From Selaginella moellendorffii (Eukaryota; Plantae; Lycopodiophyta), in NCBI RefSeq assembly GCF_000143415.4, contig NW_003314356.1, positions 248,001-312,000 on the forward strand: 64,000 bases of DNA. Direction: 5' to 3'. The position numbers and the translations under genes were made by a program. The notes beneath the pieces are model-generated. The model saw nothing but the letters and a program-made list of their open reading frames with translations. It ran no database searches and had not been told where the DNA came from. Below are positions 13,001 through 24,029 of this stretch, one piece after another (within the stretch, counting starts at the first letter, position 1; each line of letters starts with the position of its first letter).

Positions 13001-13656
13001 GACAAGCAGGACTTCGAAATTCGAGAAGGGGACGTCACCCAATGGTTTCCAGAGGCAAGGGGACCATGCACAGGAGCAGCTTGGCGGAAGATCGGGTGTT
13101 GGGGACGCTCAGGATGGGGCACCCGAGTTAGGTGGGACGCGGTAGGCGCCGAAGTTGGGACTACAGTGTGGGAGGCCCTTGGACGGGTGAGATGGGAGGT
13201 ATGGCGGGCTTCCGGGGTACAGGCACTCTGGGAGGCTCGGAACCGCAACCACTTCGAAGGGCAGTGCGCTCGGATTTCAGCGATCATGGCGATTTGGTGG
13301 AGGCTCACACTAGCTGCTATCCGCTTGAGGGATACGCTGCTCCAGGAGCATGGGAAAAACAGGGAGGCACTCACAGCTTGGCGACGACTATGGACTCCGT
13401 GCTACGGAACTGAACACGAGGGGGAGGTCAAGTGGAAATGGAGACCTTCGGACACGGTAACAAAGGAGGCTCGACGTGGCGATCTGGCGCTGGATGCACT
13501 GCGGAGGCGACGACCACAGCAGCCACGATTGGAGGGCAGCGATCACTACTAGGTGGAGAATTGCAAGACAGCGTAGTTGAGTGAACAGCGCTAAGGGATT
13601 CTTGCTTTTTTGTATCAGTCCCTAAGGGACTTGGAGAAATGTACATACACGTTGCA
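10065..13656 (+). mobile_element. 5'-truncated L1-clade LINE with 18-bp TSD
   Basis: ACGAATATAGAAAGAGCA at both 10047-10064 and 13657-13674; GC-rich insert in an AT-rich host; no endonuclease domain. Confidence 0.93.
10112..13552 (+). CDS. LINE ORF2 fragment: reverse transcriptase plus C-terminal zf-RVT
   Basis: KMPGVDG, NWRPITML, LDFEKAYDRV, SVRQGCPLAP, AFADD, RYLGI and CPECGELETVTHLLWDC in an uninterrupted 1146-codon frame. Confidence 0.95.
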   Translation: MRTQEDSWAVNERLLNRAFYRGIRPVSDSPPILGLKAEDGKLVEDQQGMQELAQRFYEQLYTAQPGTTARAQAAKKVLKTLRNRVPQEWNKQLVADLTIEDLRKALDRLSDDKMPGVDGLPPSFFRSNWEVIGPLMMEAWAKAQQAGQLPAEILEGQIALLPKRGDLQELRNWRPITMLTTAYKIYAKAMALKLQPVMPIIIREQQTGFVPGRQIAENIWTYLLAQRWAKSSRQNVVAWLLDFEKAYDRVDWDFLEDCMRRIGIPAPMVTRIALLYRGASSRVVINGETGPRFRLGRSVRQGCPLAPYLFLMVAEALGAFLAEGEGIRGVELPKERQQLPGTQTVGRDLLDSAFADDTALFLLGTKANLDTARARLEAFNAAAGAAINWNKSIGINWGESDIEAWGRDIDFQWLPPGEDTRYLGIQVGGEFKASTQDSALLRRTRTAIQKWAPRKLGLPARVVVAKSIVLPCTWYHLSVWPVLETTLKRIRSMVRTYVWKGALVSGRTMAKVAWQSTARPRVLGGLGIIDPSDMSKALRYKVILMGLQPGAQAWKLLFRQSMLAIRPKHGFARVWDEDPRWMFAEGQTQVVGGGQLVQGLHRLWKSFPVTQVIPNRAEDWLNQPLFFNELFKAGDRTLGRENHYTIWRRVHQGGFRTVKQLVGVVDPDPQKSSRRFQVFGPGKWRDVKWDLLKLLRAVTEARTVDKWPARRLHAGDFVAIQKEETSDGEQVPLGKWTRAFTMPTPAWNEGEIEVWFVTEPEKNLGRPFRVVRGDTLLEAGNPQQMPQVTDDEVKGRIRVLRQTATRTEVVESPCWLEGEGRLVWWRKELIEDLDWDPAAWRRGANSFFTYEVKDARNGLMVNREFEREEIPRLWQKWITLGVEADQVIDNTVAFWKLPIQEKSKITSWLVATNGLPVGQRFQAENARKCPECGELETVTHLLWDCDVAKETWRQVAKATRELGDKQDFEIREGDVTQWFPEARGPCTGAAWRKIGCWGRSGWGTRVRWDAVGAEVGTTVWEALGRVRWEVWRASGVQALWEARNRNHFEGQCARISAIMAIWWRLTLAAIRLRDTLLQEHGKNREALTAWRRLWTPCYGTEHEGEVKWKWRPSDTVTKEARRGDLALDALRRRRPQQPRLEGSDHY

Positions 13657-13743
13657 ACGAATATAGAAAGAGCACTCATATCTTTTCCTCTATTTGCATC
13701 ACAAGTGCAAGTGCATTCTCAACAGCGCCGAAGAGTTGACACA

Positions 13744-14898
13744 ATGCAAACCAAGCAAACACCCAAGACAGATCCCGTCATCCTCTCTCAAAATCTCGAG
13801 TGGCAATTCAATGCCAATGTCAAGCGTTGGACTCGTGCTCATGGCCTCTTCAACTTTGCAGAACGAATGGCGGGATATCTCATGAATCAAGTGAGCAATG
13901 AGAAGGCTCACTTGATGGATCTTGCACCGGCCAGGTTGAACTTGGAGTTGGCAGCAGCTCTATGTCTCCCAGCTGAAGGTGAGCGAGTCTCTGCTCAACG
14001 CACACAGGCTTTAAGTCATGACATCACTAAAGATCCCGGGGGCTACAACTCGGCACTTAGTTTGCAATTCTCCAACGTTAAGGACGAGCTCTACAAGATC
14101 TTCAAGTTCCTTGTTCTCAACCTGGAATTCCGGAAGACTACCACAACAATGAGCAGATCCATGGCCTTCATCTACGAGGATCTTCAAGCTAGGAAGAAAG
14201 TGGATTTAGTAGGATACGTGATCCCTAAGTTTTGCAAGGAACTTAAGAAGGTGACAGCAGATCTCAAAGCGGGGAGATGTGTGAAGACACTGGTACTACC
14301 GTATGTCCGAGCCATCATCACACATAGGAGTCAAGCCATGGTGATCTACAATCCACCACCTTTGCCTCCACAGAATGCAGCCATGAAAAGTTCAAAGCAC
14401 CAAGCTGAAGACAACTTGATGAACACCGAGAAGAAAAAGGTCCAGCGAAAGGCAGCAGCAACTCCACGAAGAAAGACATGGGGACAAGGCTGAAGAAACA
14501 TTGTGCCACCACAAATTGACAGTGACGACAGTGATGTGCAAACAATCCAGCACAAGGTGTTGACATGACAACAACCAACGAGAACCTCTAGCTCCAAAAA
14601 AACATGGCAACAAAGTTTAGCACCTACTCAGGCATCAACGAAGAGCTTGCAGCCTCCAACCTCACCACAGCCAGATTTGCCACCATCCCCACTGCACGAA
14701 CCGGCACCACCTCCATCTCCAATGACAACAATTCTGGTGGACAATCATTTTCCGTAGACACAAGATATTCTTGAAAATCCTGAGACAGTTACAATTCCAC
14801 CATCGGTTGTGCAAGGGCACATCGCTCTTCATGAGCCACCTGTGCAGCAGAAGCAGTCCGCCAAGCAACACCAGCCTCAGCAGCAGCAGCCTCCACTG
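13744..14898 (+). pseudogene. Extra ORF 3' of pol in the host gypsy element; unknown function, P/Q-rich tail, cut by the family A array
   Basis: Frame of ORF 13639-14493 (ATG at 13744 lies after the LINE TSD). Similar A/C-rich coding-like sequence continues to 14898 and resumes at 50478. Confidence 0.55.
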
Positions 14899-16578
14899 TG
14901 TGAGACACAAAATCCCTAGGCCCCAAAGTGGAGCCGGAAAGGGTGCCACGTGGTAGTGGCCGAAGCAAAAGCCAAACGAGCATAACACGTTTGGACTAAA
15001 AGCTTCGACTTGGAAGGTTGAGAGTGGGAGTGGAACTCCCAACAAAGTGCTCGAAGAGCAAGCACGAGGCAACCAATAGGTAAGGCTCCAAAAAGGGACC
15101 CAAAAAGGACCAACACATGACACGTGGAAGTGTCTGAGATGGAGTCCGAGGCAAACCTAAGTTCGAGTCCGAGATGGACCCGAAGTGGAGTCCAATATGG
15201 AGTCCGACATGGATTCCGAAGTGGAGTCCGAGATGGAGTCTGATATGGAGTCCGAGATGGACCCAAAGTGGAGTCCGATATGGAGTCCGAGATGGACCCG
15301 AAGTGGAGTCCGATATGGAGTCCAAGATGGACCCAAAGTGGAGTCCGATATGGAGTCCGAGATGGAGTCCGAGATGGACCTGAAGTGGATTCCGATATGG
15401 AGTCCGAGATGGAGTCCGAGATGGACCTGAGATGGAGTCCGAGATGGACCCGAGATGGAGTCCGAGATGGAGTCCGAGATGGAACCGAGACCGGGACCGA
15501 GACTGAGACCAAGACCGAGACCGAGACCGAGTCCGAGTCCGAGTCCGAGTCCGAGTCCGAGTCCGAATACTAATACAGGCAGTAGGGTGAAAGCCCAAAG
15601 CATTCGTCTCCCAGACCCTAGGGGGTTTGGTGAGCTCCAAAAGTATAGTAGGGGGGAGGACTGCAGTGGAGCTAGTTTGGCCAGGAAAGGCCAGTTTGGC
15701 CCAGGAAGGCTGGACCCAGTGTGGGTGATGAGCTGCCCACTGGGAAGTCCAAGACTAGAGTGAACACGGACCGACAAGCGGGGTAGCTTGGTGAAGTGTT
15801 CAAGAGCCGGCTCTAGTTCCCCCGGGAGATCGACTGGCCGATGCTCCCAGTCCAAGTGTGGGTGGCACTACCTACTTGGATACCTGTCATCGCTCAATGG
15901 AACCTCGCTCTAAGCCCATGGCTAGAGCACCTAAAGGCGGAAGGCGGGGAGAGTACCCAGGTGGCTCGCGTAAGGCCACAGTGTTTCGAAATGTTGTCCC
16001 AAAGGCCCAGACTGTGGAAAGGAAGAGGAGCAGTCCTCTGGGGTAGTGACCAAGGACACAGTCGTGTGGTGAGGAAGTCCCAGAGGACCGTGGGACTTAG
16101 TGGTCGGGCTTGTGGGCCTCGATCAAGTCGCAGTGTCGGCAAACACGGCCAGGGGCAGAAAGGGACTTAGTGGGGACTGGCAGAGGGATATTGGGGAAGG
16201 CTATTCCCCTTGTCGGTGGGCATCCTAAGGATGCTTAGGAGTGGATCTGAGATGACCACTCACAGATGGTTTGCCTAGTCTTGGAGAGCCAAGACTGTGA
16301 TGCAAGTGGTATTGGACTACCAGTGTGGCAAAGGTGATTGGGCATGGCCTTAGCGTAATAGGTTGCCATGTCGGTGGTACCTTTGAGTGTCGGTCGTGGG
16401 ATTGGACATGTGGAGCACTTGGACCAAGTGCAAATGTTGAGTGGCATGGATGCCATTCTCGGGGCTAGCAAGTCCCAAGTCCTGGATTGGACTTATGGAG
16501 GTTGTGAATGAGACTCCTCCAAGTGGTCAGAGGTGTGGTTAAGTGACTAAAGTAGAATGGAAAATTTAGTCGCTTACA
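14899..16578 (+). repeat. Family A LTR (1680 bp)
   Basis: TGTGAG...CTTACA termini; PBS follows. Confidence 0.92.
15136..15566. repeat. LTR minisatellite of mixed 12-mers (GATGGAGTCCGA) and 11-mers (GATGGACCCGA), then (GAGACC)n(GAGTCC)n; present in all long family A LTRs
   Basis: Directly visible; copy number differs between LTRs. Confidence 0.95.
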
Positions 16579-16581
16579 ATT

Positions 16582-16593
16582 TGGTATCGGAGC
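16582..16593 (+). promoter_or_regulatory. Primer-binding site for tRNAi-Met (TGGTATCGGAGC); also after the LTRs ending at 24029, 30603, 38256, 43939 and 49874
   Basis: 3 nt after the LTR CA end; one A>G difference from canonical TGGTATCAGAGC (G-U wobble possible). Confidence 0.9.
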
Positions 16594-19061
16594 TGTTCCT
16601 TAGTCCGACTTTTATTGGTGCTCAAGTATATCACCATTGATATTGGCATTGGAAGGTCCTAGGAGTGGGTTTATCCTTGAGGAGTAGCATGCTGAGAGGA
16701 CATGGCTCTCCACTCAAGTTCATACGTGACTTGGGTGCAATATGGTGGATAGAAAAGGGCCAATAATGGAACGACTTTGGGATCTTGGGAACAATATAAG
16801 GTCTCCTCAAAGAGCTGAGGATGTGATCCAAATGAGCATTTGACGCAGCAAACGGGCTAACGTAGTTGTGATAAACAACTATAATTGGGATCACGGGAAA
16901 GATGTAGACTCCAAAACAATAAAGGAGTCACTAGATTATCCTCATATAGTTGAGGTTGGTGCTCATGAATGTGAGACCAGAGGTAATGACCGTGGAAGGT
17001 CAAATACGGAAGAGGACTCAAGTCCTTGAAATGGTAGCCGGAGCTACCTTTAATAAATGCTGGAACAACCCAAGGAGTTGGGGGGTGTACTTAGAGATGA
17101 GTTGGTATTCTCATCACATGGACAAGTAGTTCTAAGGGGCAAAGGTTGCCCTCAGAGAACAAAATCAAGTGTCAGAGTAACATTTGTGAAAATAGTCCTT
17201 TTGAGTAGGACAGGAATGCAATAAGTGTATTCCAGTGAGCTAGTGCCTCACAAGTAGGACCTTACAGATCTGTGGATTAACCAAGTCCAAAACTGCTGGA
17301 TGACTCAAGTAGAGTCAAGGGATGGTCCTAAAAGGACTGATAGAAGCATTGGGACTGAGGTGTGTTGTACCCCACGAAGGATGGGGGGGGATCATAGGAT
17401 CCAAGGATGAGAACAGAGGGTATCTCATCGATGGCAAAATGTGCCATGCTAAAGTCGTGGGAAAGGTGTTCCCAAAAAGAAAACAACTTTGACACAAAGT
17501 TGTGTGTGACCTCTATGGTGCAGTGCTAACGGATGGTTGGCATGAGAAAGAGTGGTATTGGTCTTGACAAAGACTTAGACACAAAGAAGAAGTGTCATAG
17601 AGGTAGGCTCGTGGAGCTGATGGTGTGGAGACACCAAATGTGCCAAGGTGTGATACCTTGAGGCTATGTTGGTGGGTTCATGAGAACCCCTTGCCAAAGG
17701 AATCCCAATAGAAATGGGAATGGCATAGCCTAAGCTACAGAGCATGCAGTTGGAGTGTGGTGACCCAGATAATGATGGAGGTGTGGAAGCACCAGCAATG
17801 AGTTGTAGGACTTGACAACTATGAGGCAACTAAGCAAGAGGTGCAAAATAATTGGTTAAACGGGTAGAAGGTAGCTACCCAAGCCTTCTTAATGGCATAG
17901 GGAAGTGAATATACCCTTACGGGGGATAAGTTATTTATGTTGCGATATAGTAAGTCAATGTCATAAAAGGAAATACTCATTGTCAAGGAAGCCGTCATTG
18001 GGACACCCAAACACTCTAGAACACCAGGAGGTGGGGTTTGATGTCGCAAGGGCAGTAGATAAGGCCCAAGGGACTAAGTCCCTAGCGAATGATGGATAGT
18101 AGGTGCTATTCAAATGTCTAAGGTGGGGGAGACAGGAGAAGACTGTCTACTCGAATTGGACAAAGCCAAAAATGGAATTTTGGCAAGGCTAGCAATGGGC
18201 ATGCAAAGGCCCGTAAGCAACAACGTAATCCCGGTGTGTGGGATTATAGGGTGAGCATACCTGGATTGAGGAACCACTCCCTAGGCTATCGGGTAGGTTC
18301 ATCCCTAAGAATACTTGCTAAGGCATGATAGAAAGTGCAAAGCTATCCTCCTGGTCTGGAGGAGAATGACCGAAGGAAAGGTGTGAAGCCAAAAGAAAGA
18401 AGTAAGGGGATAGAACCGAACCATAGGAATCGAAAGGCATAACCAAGGTTGATTATGCCAGCTGGGAGTGGAAAATCAAGTGGGGGCTCGAGGGTGTTGC
18501 TGCTAGCAACCATGATGCCATGGAGAGTCTAAAATATGGAATTGTCCATGTTAGACTATATGGTAATTGGAAAGCTTGAAAAAACGGAGGCCTTAGCAAG
18601 CTAAGGGACAAAGTTCCTTCAAAGTTCCCAAAGAGGATTTTAGGTAGCTTAGTACCTAGAAAGGCCAAGCGTAAATGGTTCAAGGAACGCGCGAAATCAG
18701 AGTGGCGCAGCAGAAGCGTGGTCTTGAAGCTTGCCATGAGGCAAGGCTATCAAGGTTAGGGAAGTAGTTCCCGAGTGTTCAAAGAGAGGGCTTTGAACGA
18801 AAGTCGATGATCAAGGGCTTTCACGCTTATGCAGGAACCATGTTACAGTGGTCGGAGGACTTGCCAAAACGAGATTGGCAAGTCAGGGGAACAAATACCC
18901 TAGTTGAAGGTGATAACTTCAAAAAGGGTGGGCCATGAGGCCAAACATGAAGGAGTCCATGCATGATCACAGGCTTGTCAAGTGAGAGGACTTGGCAGAG
19001 GGGAGGAACTAGGTTCCTAAGCTGTGATCTATGGTGCGCTTTGAGTATAAGTTGGTACACC

Positions 19062-19461
19062 GGTGTGGGGAGTCACGCTAGGCATCCTAGGTGATGCCAT
19101 CCGTAGATGCATATACGGAGGTTGGGTTCGAGTCCCGACCCTCTAGTGCTTGGGTTCGAGTCCCAAATCACTAGGGCGTGGTGATGGTTTGGAATATGAG
19201 GACACTCATATTTCGGTGGTCATGGACTCTCAGTGTGGAGACTGGTTTGGGCACACCGCCAAGCGAGGGATGCCTCGGAGTCGTGATGCACAGTTAGATT
19301 GCTTAGTGTGAAAGCTCGGCATATCTAACTTGAACGCTTTGGTGCAAGTGGCACCAACGACGTGGTGAGTGAGATGGGGACACTTAATCTCAGTTGCTAT
19401 GAACCTTTGGCCGTAAGGGCTGGCTTGGGTGCACCGCGAAGTGTGGGGGATGCCCCCGGGG
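19062..19461 (+). ncRNA. Conserved multi-hairpin cis-RNA element with two T-loop hairpins (other copies ~26518-26917, ~33092-33491, ~40743-41142, ~46426-46825)
   Basis: Chain of about nine stem-loops; the homolog in family B (61739-61968, minus strand) shows compensatory substitutions. Confidence 0.7.
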
Positions 19462-20625
19462 TTATAGTCAACAATTTGAAGGTCTAGAAGACCAAGTACT
19501 TCTTGGCAACTCTGTTAAGGTGCCAAGGTGAGATCACTAGGTGATCGTATGGCCAAATAAGGACAAGGTCCTTGGTTGGCTAAGGAATGAAGTTCTTGGT
19601 TCAAAATGTTGAAATTGAACTGTTTAAGGTGGTGTGGCTTGGTCATGATGACCAAGTGGGAAGAGCACCTAAGGGAAATAAACTATGTCCATGCGATGGC
19701 ATAGTGAGTCCAAGGAAAGTAGTCTCTATAAGAGACCCATGGGAGGGTCACGAAGTTGGGCCGTGGATAGAGCCCATAGCAGAAGATGCTAAAAAGACGT
19801 ACTAGGGGTGAACATCCTCCGGACTTAGCAAAGAAGAGTCTTTGCTATGGAACCGAAAGGATACCTAAAAAATGGAGGTAGCGATCCTATGTTGCTGGGT
19901 GCAACAATCAAGGATAGGAGCAAAGGACTAGTGGCCAAGTTTGGGCCATGAAATTTAATGGAAGGGATCCAAATGGCAAAGTTAGCCAAGGAACGCTAAT
20001 GTGTTTGATGCTAACGACTTGTGGGAAAGGAAGTGGACTTCCAAGGATGGATTCCTAAGTGCTCTAATTTGGCAAAGTAAAAGCTCACGGTGAGGGAGCG
20101 GCAAAGTAGCCAAAAGATAGGGCCATGGACAGCCCTAGCACACAATATGATGACTGGAACTCAGTGCCCCAAGGTGGCATGAAATCGAACAGAGGATGAT
20201 GGTGCCCTCAAGTGGAGAACTTCCTAGGATGAGGAAGTGGAGTTGCACAATATGTGCAATGCAAGGTGTCGGAGACACCTAGGAAGTTGACTTCGAGAAG
20301 TCAGAATTAAAAGTTCCAAACTGCAAGGGTTATAGTGCTGGAAAGTGAGACCACTTGAGAACGAGTAGTGGGATCGAGTTAGAGAAGGTGTCTCTAACAG
20401 GTTTAGTGAGAACTAAACCAATAAAAAGAGAGAACCACCACAAGTGGTCAAATGAGCCTCTAAGTTGGAGAGGCTATGCTCCTTAGAGGATGGACAAGGC
20501 ATGGTGATCCTTTGGTGTCAAACCATAGACAGATATTGACTGGGTGCCAAGGATGGAAATGGTAACACATGCGGGTGTTACTTTATGAAAGGGTTTACTG
20601 TTTGATGAGGACATCGAACTTCGTC

Positions 20626-20640
20626 TATGGGTGGTGGAGT
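20626..20640 (+). promoter_or_regulatory. Polypurine-tract-like site ATGGGTGGTGGAGT (also before the LTRs at 28176, 34750, 42411, 48094)
   Basis: Abuts the LTR TG; identical to the family B site at 61660-61673 (minus strand). Confidence 0.85.
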
Positions 20641-21624
20641 TGTGAGACACAAAATCCCTAGGCCCCAAAATGGAGCCGGAAAGGGTGCCATGTGGTAGTG
20701 GCCAAAGCGAAAGCCAAACGAGCATAACACGTTTGGACTAAAAGCTTCGACTTGGAAGGTCGAGAGCGGGAGTGGAACTCCCAACAAAGTGCTCGAAGAG
20801 CAAGCACGAGGCAACCAATAAGTAAGGCTCCAAAAAGGGACCCAAAAAGGACCAACACATGACACGTGGAAGTGTCTGAAATGGAGTCTGAGGCAGACCC
20901 AAGTTGGAGTCCGAGATGGACCCGAAGTGGAGTCAATTATGGATTCCGAAGTGGAGTCCGAGATGGAGTCTAATATGGAGTCCGAGATGGACCCAAAGTG
21001 GAGTCCGATATGGAGTCCGAGATGGACCCGAAGTGGAGTCCGATATGGAGTCTGATATGGAGTCCAAGATGGACCCAAAGTGGAGTCCGATATGGAGTCT
21101 GATATGGAGTCCAAGATGGACCCAAAGTGGAGTCCGATATGGAGTCCAAGATGGAGTCCGAGATGGACCCGAGCTGGAGTCCGATATGGAGTCCGAGATG
21201 GAGTCCGAGATGGACCCGAGATGGAGTTCGAGATGGACCCGAGATGGAGTCCGAGATGGAACCGAGACCGGGACCGAGACCAAGACCGAGACCGAGACCG
21301 AGACCGAGTCCGAATTCGGGACCGAGACCGAGTCCGAGTCCGAGTCCGAGTCCGAGTCCGAGTCCGAGTCCGAGTCCGAATACTAATATAGGCAGTAGGG
21401 TGAAAGCCCAAAGCGTTCGTCTCCCAAACCCTGGGGGGTTTGGTGAGCTCCAAAAGTATAGTAGGGGGGAGGACTGCAGTGGAGCCAGTTTGGCCAGGAA
21501 AGGCCAGTTTGGCCCAGGAAGGCCGGACCCAGTATGGGTGATGAGCTGCCCACTGGGAAGTCCAAGACTAGAGTGAACACGGACCGACAAGCGGGGTAGC
21601 TTGGTGAAGTGTTCAAGAGCCGGC
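20641..21624 (+). repeat. Family A LTR, interrupted by a new LTR start at 21625
   Basis: Breaks at ...AAGAGCCGGC|TGTGAGACAC. Confidence 0.9.
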
Positions 21625-21699
21625 TGTGAGACACAAAATCCCTAGGCCCCAAAGTAGAGCCGGAAAGGGCGCCATGTGGTAGTGGCCGAAGCGAGAGCC

Positions 21700-22249
21700 C
21701 TATGACACATTAGGTGCAGAGGACGACACGGCTGGGGGATTCAGGTCCGGTGGGACACGACCGGGGCGGAGGTAGGAGTCCCCATGTGGGAGGCACTTGG
21801 ACATGCTCGATGGGCAATATGGCGAGCGACGGGAGTCCAGGCCCTTTGGGAAGCACGCAACCGGGCACACTTCGAAGGGACACAGGTCAGAGTATCACAG
21901 GTACTGGCAGAGTGGTGGAGACTTACACTGGCGGCAATACGGCTTCACCATGCTATCCTCCGGGACAGGGGGAAGCTCGTGAGGCTCGAGGAGTGGCAAA
22001 AAGCATGGCTGCCATGTTTTGGTAGAGGAGATCACAAGGAGGTTCGTTGGAGATGGCGCCCCCCGGAGTCGATCTTGCGATCAGCACGAAGGGGGGACGT
22101 GGATCTGGATGACATACGACGGAGACGACCGCAGCCGCTTCTACTGCAGGCCTAGTCTCACTTTAGATGAGGGAGATCACCACTAGGTAGCATGAGCTTT
22201 GGGCAGCATGCCCAATTTTTGTATTAGTCCCTATGGGACATTGGGGAAT
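21700..22249 (+). mobile_element. 550-bp 3' fragment of a related LINE, embedded between a 75-bp LTR start and a full LTR
   Basis: WEALGHARWAIWRATGVQALWEARNR...RRRRPQP matches the C-terminus of ORF 10112-13552; same 3' hairpin. Confidence 0.9.
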
Positions 22250-24029
22250 TGTGAGACACAAAATCCCTAGGCCCCAAAGTGGAGCCGGAAGGGCGCCACA
22301 TGGTAGTGGCCGAAGCAAGAGCCAAACGAGCGTAACACGTTTGAACCAAAAGCTCCGACTTGAAAAGTCAAGAGCGGGAGTGGAACTCCCAACGAAGTGC
22401 TCGAGGAACGAGCACGAAGCGAGCAAAAGGCGAGGCTCCAAAAAGGGACCCAAAAGGACCAACACATGACACGTGGGAGTGTCCGAGATGGACTCGAGTT
22501 GGAGTCCGAGATGGACTCAAGTTGGAGTCCGAAGTGGAGTCCGAGATGGACCCGAGTTGGAGTCCGAAGTGGAGTCCGAGATGGACTCGAGTTGGAGTCC
22601 GAAGTGGAGTCCGAGATGGACCCGAGTTGGAGTCCGAAGTGGAGTCCGAGATGGACCCGAGATGGAGTCCGAGATGGAGTCCGAAGTGGAGTCCGAGGTG
22701 GACCCGAGATGGACCCGAGTTGGAGTCCGAAGTGGAGTCCGAGATGGACCCGAGATGGAGTCCAAAATGGAGTCCGAGATGGAGTCCGAGATGGACCCGA
22801 GATGGAGTCCGAGATGGACCCGAGATGGACCCAAGATGGAGTCCGAGATGGAGTCCGAGATGGAGTCCGAAGTCGAGACCGAGACCGGGACCGAGACCGG
22901 GACCGAGACCGAGACCGAGATCGGGACCGAGACCGAGACCGAGGCCGAGGCCGAGACCGAGCCCGAGCCCGAGTCCGAGTCCGAATCCGAGTCTGAGTCC
23001 GAGTCCGAGTCCGAGTCCGAGTCCGGAGCCTGAGAGGGTGAAAGCCCAAAGCGTTCGTCTCCCAGACCCTGGGGGGTTTGGTGAGCTCCAAAAGTATAGT
23101 AGGGGGAGGACTGCAGTGGAGCCAGTTTGGCCAGGAAAGGCCAGTTTGGCCCAGGAAGGCCGGACCCAGTGTTGGGTGATGAGCTGCCCACTGGGAAGTC
23201 CAAGACTAGAGTGAACATGGACCGACAAGTGGGGTAGCTTGGTGAAGTGTTCAAGAGCCGGCTCTAGTTCCCCCGGGAGATCGACTGGCCGATGCTCCCA
23301 GTCCAAGTGTGGGTGGCACTACCTACTTGGACACCTGTCGTGGCTCAACGGAACCTCGCTCTAAGCCCATGGCTAGAGCACCTAAAGGCGAAAGGCGAGG
23401 AGAGTACCCAGGTGGCTCGCGTAAGGCCACGGTGTTCCGAAATGTTGTCCCGAAGGCCTAGACTGTGGAAAGGAAGAGGAACAGTCCTCTGGGGTAGTGA
23501 CCAAGGACACAGTCGTGTGGTGGGGAAGTCCCAGAGGACCGTGGGACTTAGTGGTCGGGCCTGTGGGTCTTGATCCAGTGGCAGTGTTGGCAAACACGGC
23601 CAGGGGCAGAAAGGGACTTAGTGGGGACTGACAGAGGGATATTGGGGAAGGCTATTCCCCTTGTCGGTGGGCATCCTAAGGATGCTAAGGAGTGGATCTG
23701 AGACGACCACTCACGGATGGTTTGCCTAGTCTTGGAGAGCCAAGACTGTGATGCAAGTGGTATTGGACTACCAATGTGGCAAAGGTGATTGGGCATGGCC
23801 TTAGTGTAACGGGCTGCTATGTCGGTGGTACCTTTGAGTGTCGGTCATGGGATCGGACACGTGGAGCACTTGGACCAAGTGCAAATGTTGAGTGGCATGG
23901 ATGCCATTCTCGGGGCTAGCAAGTCCCAAGTCCTGGATTGGACTTATGGAGGTGGTGAATGAGACTCCTCCAAGTTGTCAGAGGTGTGGTTAAGTGACTA
24001 AAGTAGAATGGAAAATTTAGTCGCTTACA
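22250..24029 (+). repeat. Family A LTR (1780 bp)
   Basis: TG...CA termini; PBS follows. Confidence 0.92.

Noticed and set aside
15136-15566. CRISPR-like array
   Set aside because: Contiguous tandem units without unique spacers; no cas genes; eukaryotic context.
15720-15770. Hammerhead ribozyme (retrozyme) in the LTR, suggested by TGATGAG
   Set aside because: The core reads GTGATGA rather than CTGATGA, and there is no correctly placed GAAA stem II.
19121-19175. tRNA gene(s) suggested by GGTTCGAGTCCC
   Set aside because: Only T-arm-like hairpins; I could not build an acceptor stem, D arm or anticodon arm.
21620-21624. TSD (CCGGC) for the concatemer inserted at 21625
   Set aside because: No matching copy after any downstream LTR end; the right ends are truncated.
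22267-23306. 200-370 aa RS/RD/ES/GL/PR-repeat ORFs on both strands of every long family A LTR
   Set aside because: Open in nearly all frames because the minisatellite lacks stops; frame and length vary between copies, so these are not SR proteins.
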